A DNA stretch of 64,000 nucleotides from the NCBI GenBank assembly GCA_001662655.1, contig KV460217.1; one strand, written 5' to 3'. The notes beneath the pieces are model-generated. The model saw only the letters and a list, made by a program, of their open reading frames with translations. It searched no databases and was not told the DNA's origin. Positions within the stretch are counted from its first letter, which is position 1. Each line of letters starts with the position of its first letter. Below, piece by piece: positions 11,385 through 21,411 of this stretch. A program made the translations under genes and the position numbers. This DNA is from Pseudogymnoascus verrucosus (lineage: Eukaryota).

Positions 11385-12940
11385 ATGCGTCTCAGGGTTT
11401 TGATCCAAGATGTCACCCAGCTCCTTTTCTTGGGCTCTATCGCCTTCTACGGGAAATATGGTGTAGAGGCCAGCGCTGACACACGCCTTGGTGCTACTGT
11501 TCGTGAACGGACCCGACTCCATTCTGGCTGGAAATTTTTGCATTCACCTACCACGCCAGATGGCGTGACCTACAGCTTGCGGCCTGACAATGAAAGCGAG
11601 GACTTGGAGGAGCTGCGAGATTGGGTCCTTCCTGTTGCAAACGAGTTCATTGCTGACGCCGATCAACACTACAACAGGCCTGATTTTGAGCCCAAGGTTG
11701 ACATTGAGTATGTAGCCGATGGCTTCGATGATAGGAACTGGACTTCAGTCACAGTTCCTCATGACTGGGCCATAACGGGAGACTTTGTTGGCTCTTCGGA
11801 GGTGCTTGGCGATATGGGTAGCTTGCCAGTTCGAGGCGTCGGCTGGTACCGCCAGAAGCTGTCTTTCACGAAGAACGACAAAGATAAGTCAATCTACCTT
11901 GACGTTAAAGGAGCAATGGCGTTTTCTATGGTATGGCTTAACGGCCACTTGGTCGGCGGATGGCCTAATGGGTATCTTACCTATCGTCTTGACCTCACTC
12001 CATACGTGAAATTTGGAAAAGAGAACCACCTGGCAATCCGGGCAGAGAATCCTCAGTCGAAGAAATTCTCTCGGTTATATCCAGGGGCGGGCATCTACCG
12101 TGACGTCTGGGTCATAAAGGTTTCTAAAACGCACGTCGCTCACTATGGTACTCATATTTCGACGAAGGATGTGTCAGCAAAATCCGCCACTGTTGATTTC
12201 TCCATCACGATTGATAATAAGGACACTACGCAGCATCAGCCTGTCAAGGTCATCACTAAAGTTTACAAATACAAAGATGGCAAGGTTGGGCAAAAGGTTG
12301 GCGCGTTCCCTATTGAAAACCTTCGTTTAGTCCCTGGGGAGTCCCATGCTTCCAATACTTCAATCACGATCAAGAACCCCTCGCTCTGGGGGCCTCCTCC
12401 CACCCAGGAACCGAATCTGTACATCGCCATTACTGAGTTGTATGACCTGGAAAATCGACTGCTTGATGAATACGAAACAACCTTCGGTATTCGTACTCTT
12501 AACTTTGAGGCAAACAACAGCCTATTTGTTAACGGTGAACACACCTATATACAAGGTGTTAATTAGCACCATGACCTTAGAGCTCTTAGCGCTGCCTAGA
12601 ACCTCCACGTAAGCATGCGTTAGTTAGAGACGTTAAAGGAACTTAGAGTTAACGCTATCTAGATAGTATATAATCTACTAACACTAGATCTACTAAGACT
12701 TATAGATAAGCTAAGCTTTATAGTTATTAATAAGATTTTTAACTATTAGCTAGAGGGAAAGAGTATATTAGACTTTTACTTAATCTTTAAAGACTAGTAA
12801 GCCTAATGTTAGATCCTTTATATAGTAAGATTAGAACTATTCTTCTATTATTATATAGAGTATTAGGAATAAAGTATGTAAGTAAATATATAACTTACTA
12901 AGAGTAGCTAAGATCCTCTTTATACTTTATAATATAGTTT
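11385..12940 (+). pseudogene. GH2 beta-galactosidase-like gene, RIP-mutated and 3'-truncated
   Basis: Intact 393-aa N-terminal part (VTVPHDWAI, GVGWYR, LNGHLVG, LYPGAGIYRDV, FGIR). From 12564 the TIM-barrel sequence NQHHDLGALG..., NAIR, WSIGNE is still recognisable but full of CAG->TAG and TGG->TAG changes. It abuts a transposase remnant near 12940. Confidence 0.9.
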
Positions 12941-13855
12941 AACATATAATTTAATAGACTCTCTAAGCTTAGAATATAGATATTATAAATTAAATGATAT
13001 AGAATTACTTTCTTAAATTAACTCTTATTATAACTACCTAGCTAACTTCTATTCTATAATATAAGAATATTAATACTCTATTCTAAGATGTTATATAGGC
13101 TAGTAAAATCTATAATACTATATTACTTATAAGCTTCTTAAACCCTATTAAAGAGGGAGAAGAAGAGGATATAACTACTTATAAGGATATTGTCACGGGT
13201 ACGGCAGGAGGCCCGACTCGGGGGCGACGCGGGCCCGGGGACTAGGGCTAGGGGACCGGTGCCTTAGGCATCCCGTGGCAGTCGCGCCCATGCACCCACA
13301 TGCCCTATGCCCTATAGCCAGTAAGAGGGTGGCACGTACCACCGACCCGCCGCCGAGTCGGCGGGGACCCGACTGCGAAGCAGTAGATAAGAGTAGCTGA
13401 GCCCCCTATAGGGAGGGCTCAGGGATTAGTCTGTTGAATACCATTTCTGTTACCGGAGCCTGCGGCCGTAGCACACTTCCACCAAACCCTTACAGATATT
13501 CTATAAGAGGTAATATAGGAGCATTTAGGCCTACTATTAGCTAAAGCTAAAGCTAAAGATAAAGAAGAGCTAGAACAGCTATTACTAACACTATAAGAAG
13601 CCTACTAAGCTCTTTAAGTTCTTATAGAATATATAGAGGGATTAAATACACTTAGGAAATCATATTCTAGGGCCTTAGAGCGCCTTACTACTAATATTAA
13701 GGCTCTAGTAATATCATTAAGGTAGTAGAGTACTCTAGATAGTTAGATTATGTAGTTATTTAATTAAATCACATGTTTTCTAGTATACTGATATTTTAAT
13801 TATAACAATAAAAAAGTCTAGTTAAAATTACATCGTTATAACGGAGGTTCTACTG
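12940..13855 (+). mobile_element. RIP-degraded, 5'-truncated pogo/Tc1-mariner-type DNA transposon
   Basis: Reversing the transitions gives a transposase-like C-terminus (..AW..V...TI.NCF.K, FLNP.EE, ending Q.TLDSW). The right end reads CAGTAGAACCTCCGTTATAACG on the minus strand and is flanked by TA at 13856-13857. Left boundary approximate. Confidence 0.7.
13191..13494. mobile_element. Solo LTR (304 bp)
   Basis: GC-rich block in AT-rich DNA. Starts TGTCACGGGT and ends ACCCTTACA (TG...CA, short imperfect inverted termini). 5-bp target-site duplication GATAT at 13186-13190 and 13495-13499. Confidence 0.88.
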
Positions 13856-14537
13856 TATTATGCAATTAGAGTTTATGGCTAACATCCCTACAATTTGACC
13901 CATAGGATCATCCGATGATCCCACTAGACCTTCTTGCCACCCTATCCTTCGATTAGGATTAGAGAGTTAGAAAGTATCCCGAGACCTCAGCTCGGCCACT
14001 TTGACCTTCTACCCTCCCGACATCTTCATCGCAAAAACATGTTATTCGCTTCATTTTAGGATTGGATTCTCTCGAAATTCGATAAGATCAGACTGGATAC
14101 TCCATCTTGGTATTTATTGACCTCAGCAGCTTTTTTTAAGTGGCCATCGATTTCATTTTTCAATTTAAAGCACGCAGTATATCCACAGCTGTTACCCAGG
14201 ACTTCTTTCTCAGGAACAGCTACGAGGTTCCATATCGCTGCGGCCACTTCAAAAAACCACTGCAGTCAGTGTTAATAATGAAAGTGACATTTGGAACATC
14301 GAGCTCTCGCATGCAATGATTGATAACGTTGCCACGGCCGCGCGTTAACAGGAACGCAAGAAAAAACGTCACGGAATACCGAAATCTGGGCCGCAAAGGG
14401 GCAATATATATTCGATTGGATATTATAAGGACTTTGCAAATCTGCACAACCACCGTGATCGCTTAGAATCTCCCAGTGTACATCCAAACCGTATACTATC
14501 GGGCGATACCCGTTCTATAAATGTCTTGAAACGCGCT

Positions 14538-15529
14538 TTAGACAGTCTCGCGCTCGGTCTTCGTCACGCGGGCCTCGCGGCCCTTGTCGGACCATGGGAA
14601 GTGGGCGACTGGGACGACGAAGAAAGAGTTGCTGGTAATCTGAGTTAGCATTACTGCTCCAACCATCTTTGAATCGTGGCTTGACATACCTTGTGTCAGC
14701 GATACCAGCCAGAGCATTATACCATGCCAAAAACGCAGCAAACAATCCAAAGTAACCACCAGCCACGATGAGGCCAGGTTGCGGGATGTTAGCAGTGCCG
14801 GCAGCGTTAGGAACCAATCGTAGATGGCCGATCATGAGACAGAGGTAAGCAATATCCAGGGTGAAGAAGAGCATGAAAAATGCAAGCGTAGAACGAACTG
14901 TGCAGATAAGCAGGAGAGTGGTGAAGATGAACCACCCAGCCAAATAGAAGCCGATCGCATGGTTAAACTCATCCTTGTTCGTGTAGGCGCTGCCGATCGC
15001 AAAGCCACCGGGTGTCAAGATAATAGCGAACGAGATCCAGAATCCACCGTAAGACGAGAGCGCAGTAGCACCGAAGGTGTTGCCGACAGCCATCTCCCTG
15101 TGACAATCGTATTAACTGCATGGACGACGGGAGCGGGAAAGGTATAGGTTCGAAAACAAGTACATACCACATGCCGGCGCACAATTGAACGAAGCCACCA
15201 TATCCGAAAGCGAGACTGACGATGATGTTGGGCGCGGCGACACCTCGGACTTTGATGTTAATCAGGGAAAGTACAAAGGTCGTCAACGCGAAAGCACAGA
15301 GGCCAAGGGGAGCAGGGTTGGCGAATTGGCGGTTGGGAGTCGGCCTGTAAAGACCTGGCTGGAATTCACCTCCAAAGGCAGGCAGACGGGCAGAGTCACC
15401 CGTGTGCGAGTGCAGGAGGGGATTGCCACCATAGTCGTATGCGTTGATCTTATCGCCAGTGGAAGAGTTGGTGCTGCTGCTGATGGCAGCAGCCTTCTCG
15501 TCGACCACTTGGTCTGTGTGTATCGACAT
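14538..15529 (-). CDS. Gpr1/Fun34/YaaH (Ato/SatP, AcpA-like) acetate/ammonium transporter
   Basis: AFGGEFQPG, ANPAPLGLCAFALTT, WEMAVGNTFGATALSSYGGFW motifs. Introns 15167-15098 and 14689-14632. Confidence 0.95.
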
Positions 15530-16993
15530 AATGTCGCTTCGAGTCTCAAAAGGATCAGCAAAAATAAACTCGAACTGAGAAGAAGATGATATCGTCCCCT
15601 GCGAGACAGGAAAGTCACGGATGTTTGAATCAGTGGACAGCGAGTGACAGATATATGCATGTTCGAGGGTTTTCCTAGATGGATTCTTATTGGACGTGAG
15701 TCTCGGTCGGGAGGGGATTAGAGCCCGTCAGTTGCGGATGAAAGGAATAGTTACAAGGGCTCGAGTTGGAGACTAAGGGTGCTACTGGAACTCATAAGCC
15801 GCTAGTCCATATGTTGTGCATCAAACAAGCTCCTCGTCGTGATAGTTGACATGGCTGAGAAACGCCATTCTTCCCCACGCCCCGCACAGAATAGGAATAA
15901 TAAGCGGTTAATGAGTAATCGTCCGTGATTACTCATTCAAAACGGCTACATCAACCGTTTAAGGGAGCCTTGGCAATTCATTTTAAGTTTATCCTAGCGT
16001 TCACCCTAACCTGTATCCTCGCTAGTTAGGCGCTGTGACTGTTTGCATGGGTGATCTGCAGTCTTTTGGATTGTGTTGTCTGGGGATGCGGTGGCCTCAT
16101 GTCTGGTCCACGATTGTGGCCAAACGCCATGTGTCAAGTAGTACCAATCGCCACGTCTAGCTAAACCCAGTTCTCTCGGCCGGCCGGAGGAAGGTGGGTC
16201 GTGGGCTTGATCACATCAAAATGTAACAAAAACCTTCCTGCTCATCTGATTTCATCGATACGACGTTAGGATTCCCCATTTCCGCGGGGGCGAACGGCGA
16301 AACCGACGAAAACCATCAACATGTGGTGCAAACTCCATTATCGGCATCGGAAGTCGCGGATATGGCGGCACTGCGTTCATGTGCACGTAAGCCCTTACCA
16401 GTCGGCAGATCACCTAGCCTGAGCCTAGGCCAGCATTCATTTCTCCCCACACAATCTACAAGATATCGAAGTTCTCAATAATTCAGAGTCCCGCCCACAG
16501 GCCACCCGAAGGATGAAGTCCGCAGCCCTTCCTCGTCAGACTACCTAGCAGCCTCATCGCAATTAAAATACTGCTCTCACCGCCGAGGCATTTCGGCAGC
16601 GCCCACCGCCGCCGTCGTCTTCTCCTCGCTACAGCGCTCGCCTTCGAGCGCGATGGCGTCGAGGAGCATGGCGTGCCCGACTATGCAGCGCAGGTTGTAG
16701 TCATGTGTCGCGGTCAGACGGGCGAGCTTGCGACCCATGCGGGAAAGGGCATCGATCTGATGGAAGGAAGGTTCCTTAATGGGGGGCTCACTTCACTTCC
16801 ACACTTCGGGGCACATCACTACCAACACTCCCGCACAGTACCAAACTTCGGCACTCGGAAACTATAGGATCCCCCATCTCACCGCCAAGATCTACGATAA
16901 TCACCCAGATGTGAGGAATCATAGTACTAAAGATGAGAGGCGGCTTGAGCATAATACAAACAGACAAGACACTGGGAGAGCACCCAAACTACT

Positions 16994-18642
16994 TTGTCCA
17001 CCATAGCTATCCATCTTCTCTTCCTCATGTTCCCCTCGATGGTCGGCGCTGTGGACATCTTCCGCTCGAACGACCCGTTGCCAATGCAAGCTGCGCAACT
17101 GACGTTGATATGGAAAACTCCAGGAAGGATCCTAAATCCTCTGGCTGAACCCTTGACGATGCAAGTAGGCTTGGGCTCTAGTGCTATCAATCTCAATGTG
17201 AGTGTAACTTGATAAAATCATTTCCATCATACGTTAGCTGATGTAATAGAATATTGTTATCGAAGGAAGCTTCAAACCAGTGAGCACGAACATCGCAGGA
17301 ACTGTCAATCAAGGCGATATAGCTTTGGTATCATGCGACTCCAACAACTCTTCCTCCATGACTCAAGACGCCGTGGTCGGCTCAATTATCCCTAATAACC
17401 CCGCTGCCATCGTTCTATACAGCCTCGCTTCCGCTCATGGCGAAGTTAAGGACATCGGCCCATACATACAGTAATTCACTTTAAGGAACGTCTCATTAGA
17501 AACTATGAGGATGCTCGTATCTACGACATCAGCGAATGCAACGATTCGATCTTCCCCAGCTATTATTGCGCCACAGTCCACATAAAATCAAACTTCAGCC
17601 GCTGGCATGAGCGCACTGTACGTTATTATTAGCATTATCACAGTGCTCGTCCTGTTCCTCATTATCGCAGCCTAGCGAGCCCACAACAATCCAAGTCGGA
17701 ATGGGCCTAGAACTGGCCATCGCGGTCGCTTAAGACAAAGCCGAGCGAAAGGGCTTGCCAAAGCAATGCTCGAAACCCTTCCGATTTTGAAGTTTTGAGA
17801 CGCCCTCCCGTCAGAGGCGGAGCTTCGGGATACCGAACTCGATGACACACGTTCAGCCGAAACAGCCGAAACACCACAATCAACTGCTCATGTTACTACT
17901 GCTGATAGCAAACAAGAGGCTAGGCCACAACCGGATGTGGTCGCTGTTGAAGCTGATATTGCAACAACCCCCGAATCCGATGAACGCGGGTCAACATCAT
18001 AACCAGAGCCTGAGCTATCGGACGAACACCTTGGATGTTCTATATGCACGGAGGATTTTACACAGGGTGAGAATGTCAGGGTTTTACCTTGTAACCATCA
18101 ATATCATCCTGTATGTATTGACCCTTGGCTGCTAAATGTTTCCGGAACATGCCCATTGTGGTAAGTAGCCGGCCTCCACCAATTGTTTCACGTCCACTCT
18201 AGTATACCCTAGCCGCGTTGATCTTCAGCCTGTGGGCAGCAACACCGACGAGACCCCCTCTCCAACAGACGCGGAAGCGGATGAGACGTCAGCTGTACGG
18301 GGTGGTGAAAATGCCCACTACTCCCGCGTACAGCGGATCCTAGCTACGCGCCACGCGCCTATCCACGAACGCAAGGCGATTCTGAGGCAGCTAGCCAGCG
18401 AATTTGACCAACAGCGACAGACAGAGCCTAGCTCCACTACAGCAGCCGACGAGGGACCAAGAAATCAGCATAGTTTGGCGACAAGGATCTTCTCTAGTCG
18501 CACAAGGCGCAGCAGAAACGCGCCGGAGGTATCATCGGCAGTAGCCCCGGCCACTACGACTCCAACCGCCGGCAAGGCCTCGACGAGCCCTACAGCACCA
18601 GCTACCAATACGGCAACCGAAGAGGCTTCGCCAAGACCGTGA
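16994..18642 (+). pseudogene. Signal peptide-luminal domain-TM-RING-H2 E3 ligase pseudogene
   Basis: One frame encodes a TM helix, RQSRAKGLAKAMLETLPILKF and CSICTEDF...LPCNHQYHPVCIDPWLLNVSGTCPLCR, but carries in-frame stops at 17472, 17583, 17673, 17796 and 18000. Introns ~17198-17249 and 18161-18212. Start codon not identified. Confidence 0.88.
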
Positions 18643-19120
18643 GCCCTGTGCAGAGCCCTTGGAATTAAACATTCCTATTTCAGATACGGTTGCATTAGGA
18701 CTGGGTCGTTTTGGAGACGGCATACCACGTTTGCGATAGCAACCACCAGAAGCCAGCCCATGGCTTCTCAGACTGCAACGGTGGACTAGCAAACCCCTAT
18801 CAAAATCAGTTCCTGTTCGTTCCCGATTGTCCACTGGTAGAAGCGGTGAGAGTGGCACTCGCGGTTACTTTGGCTGAAGCACATGTCGCTACCGTCGTCG
18901 AGGAAATGATGCGTGACTGCAGGTCTCCAACGTTGCTTGTCGATGGGTCTGGCGTTACCAGGCAACCACAAAAGTCAAAGATTCAAATATCGTGTTAACT
19001 TAAACCTTGCTACGTAAAAGAAGATGGAAAAACAGTCACAAACTACCCCCCACACCTAGAGCATAATGGGCCTAGTTCTCATCGAAGGCGAAAGCCAGAT
19101 CGCCGACATATTACTTTAAA

Positions 19121-20257
19121 CAGCTAATATCATAAATGGGCCTCTTTTTAATTCGAAAATCATAAATAGGCCTCTTTTTATATATAATATCATAAGTAGG
19201 CCTCTTTTTAATACAATATCAGGAATGGGCCTCTTTTTTTCTTATCGCGCACGTGCCTAATTATTCTGCTAGTTATATGACTAAGCATTAGCTGACTTTG
19301 ATTTCCTGCTCTAATTGAAGTTACAAATTTAATTTACATAGCAGACGACTAAGGGTATTATGATGTCCTAGCTATTCCTATGCTCCTAGACTCTCAGACT
19401 CCTAATCCTCTATAAGTTCATCATTTCAATCTTCCTAGATATTCATATCTAGTTATATGCAGGCGTATGCGATGGACAAGCTACATGTCCTTTGCTTAGA
19501 TGGTGACACGCTTAGCGTAAATAGCGGCTAGGTTAGTCACTAGATTGATTACTATAATGTTTACTATACCTTAAATTCATAGTGTAGTATATCTTCCTCC
19601 CCTTCTTCTTAGTCTTTAACAGTCTTGCATTTCAAGACAAATCTCATTGGCTTTAAGGTCTTAGTCTAGTACGATTGCCCGTTGTCTTTAAAAGCAGCTG
19701 TAATAGATAGCTTAGTGTAAGGCGGTCCTTACGTGATAGCACGTAAGGTGCTACGCTAAAGGTAGCCCTACAGTAGAGCTGTCATTTAGGTATAGCCCGG
19801 TTATTAGGGTTCACGGTATAGGAAGATATATTAGGGGCTAGAGCCTTAGGGGAGGACTCTAGTCAATAGTCGCTATATCTACGTAGACCTATTGTGCTTA
19901 CTAAATACGATACCCATCCTGCCTCCTAACCTGGTTCCCTAGACTCCTGTGAGACCCTAGGCTTACGCTTTACACTTAGCTTCTTTCATTAAAGGGAAAA
20001 CATCGCCTATTACTAGAGTAGACATTATACGAGTAAGGATATAGTAATATACGGCTAGGAATACTAAAATATAAAATGTAAATAGAGGCAGTTAGAGTTT
20101 TCACTCGCGTAATATGTTATAGGCGGTGAGCGATAAGAAAAAAAGAGGCCCATTCCTGATATTATATTAAAAAGAGGCCTACTTATGATATTATATATAA
20201 AAAGAGGCCTATTTATGATTTTCGAATTAAAAAGAGGCCCATTTATGATATTAGCTG
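19121..20257. mobile_element. Non-autonomous Mutator-like (MULE) TIR element, 1137 bp
   Basis: ~128-bp near-perfect TIRs, each made of four ~30-bp subrepeats (core GGCCTCTTTTT). 9-bp TSD TACTTTAAA at 19112-19120 and 20258-20266. The interior is TA-rich with no ORF. Confidence 0.92.
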
Positions 20258-20523
20258 TACTTTAAAAGCAGTTAGGTTCTATTTATTATATAAGAGCTAC
20301 TTATAATTATAGTAAGTTATACTACTTATATAGGCTTTAAAGGCACTATGTACATTATTTAGAAATAGATTAATTAAAGTAATAGTAGCTATTTATATAG
20401 GTGTAGGTGTATAATATAAAGCTTTAATATTCTACTCTACTATTCTATCTTCCCTACTCCTTAGTAGGTTAGTAGTTTAGCTAGGTAGTTAGCTAACTAG
20501 AATAGTTAGTAGTTAGGCTAGAA

Positions 20524-20787
20524 TATATTTAAGGTGTTAATTAACATTATGATCTTAGAGCTCTAGGTACTACCTAGAATCTCTATATAAGTATATATTA
20601 GTTAGAGACGTTAAAGGAACTTAGAGTTAATGCTATCTAGATAGTATATAATCTACTAATACTAGACCTACTAAGACTAATAGATAAGCTAGGCTTCATA
20701 GTTATTAATAATATTTTTAACTACTAACTAGAAGGGAAGAGTACATTAGACTTTTACTTAATATTTAAAGTCTAGCATAAGCCTAAT
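20524..20787 (+). pseudogene. Second RIP-damaged fragment of the GH2 catalytic domain
   Basis: Aligns by eye with ~12546-12807; for example TTAGTTAGAGACGTTAAAGGAACTTAGAGTTAA occurs in both copies. Confidence 0.88.
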
Positions 20788-21297
20788 GGCACATCCCCAA
20801 CCACCTCCCTGATTTTCCATTGGCTGGGGGGCCCGAGCTGGCGAAGCTGGCGTTCCGAATGATATACCAGCGGGATGTACGGCCTGATATTGCTGGTGAC
20901 ATGGTGGTGCGGGATGAATACAAAGGCTGGTTTATAGAAGCTCGACCGATATCGTGAGTGATTTTCTTACGCACTTTCTTTGTCGGAAACATACGCTGAC
21001 ACCCCCTTGTACTGTAGTATGATTGATTACTACGGGGTTACATTCGACCATCTTGTTCAAGCCGATGACACAGATTTAGAAGTACTCCAAATCAATATCG
21101 TTGAGATTGAAGATGATGGCGGCGCTTATGCAAACAAGTATAACCCGTTTGATATAGATCCTGTCGAGTATATTGAGCAAAAAGTGCTTACTGTGCCCAG
21201 GTGCTGCCAGAAACGGAATGGGACCACGGATCAGAGGAGGGTTAATGATGGGGTAAATATCCGGGATGGGAGGGTTGTTCATATGGTTTATAAGTGA
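20788..21297 (+). CDS. Hypothetical protein, probably 5'-truncated
   Basis: Frame ...PDFPLAGGPELAKLAFRMIYQRDVRPD...EARPIS splices (GTGAGT ~20954, TAG ~21018) to MIDYYGVTFDHLV...VPRCCQKR. No in-frame ATG before 20859. Confidence 0.5.
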
Positions 21298-21338
21298 GAT
21301 ACTGCACGTTCATATGGTTTATAAGTGAAATACTGCAC
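21277..21338. repeat. 31-bp tandem duplication over the stop codon of the hypothetical gene
   Basis: GTTCATATGGTTTATAAGTGA(G/A)ATACTGCAC twice. Confidence 0.9.
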
Positions 21339-21411
21339 TATTCCATATTTTGTAAAGCCAGCAAAAAGCAGATATGTCTGTCTGTAGGATAATATAGCAG
21401 ATCTGTGGAAT

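Noticed and set aside
19121..19248. 30-bp tandem repeats as an independent array
   Set aside because: They are mirrored at ~20130-20257 and are subrepeats of the transposon TIRs.
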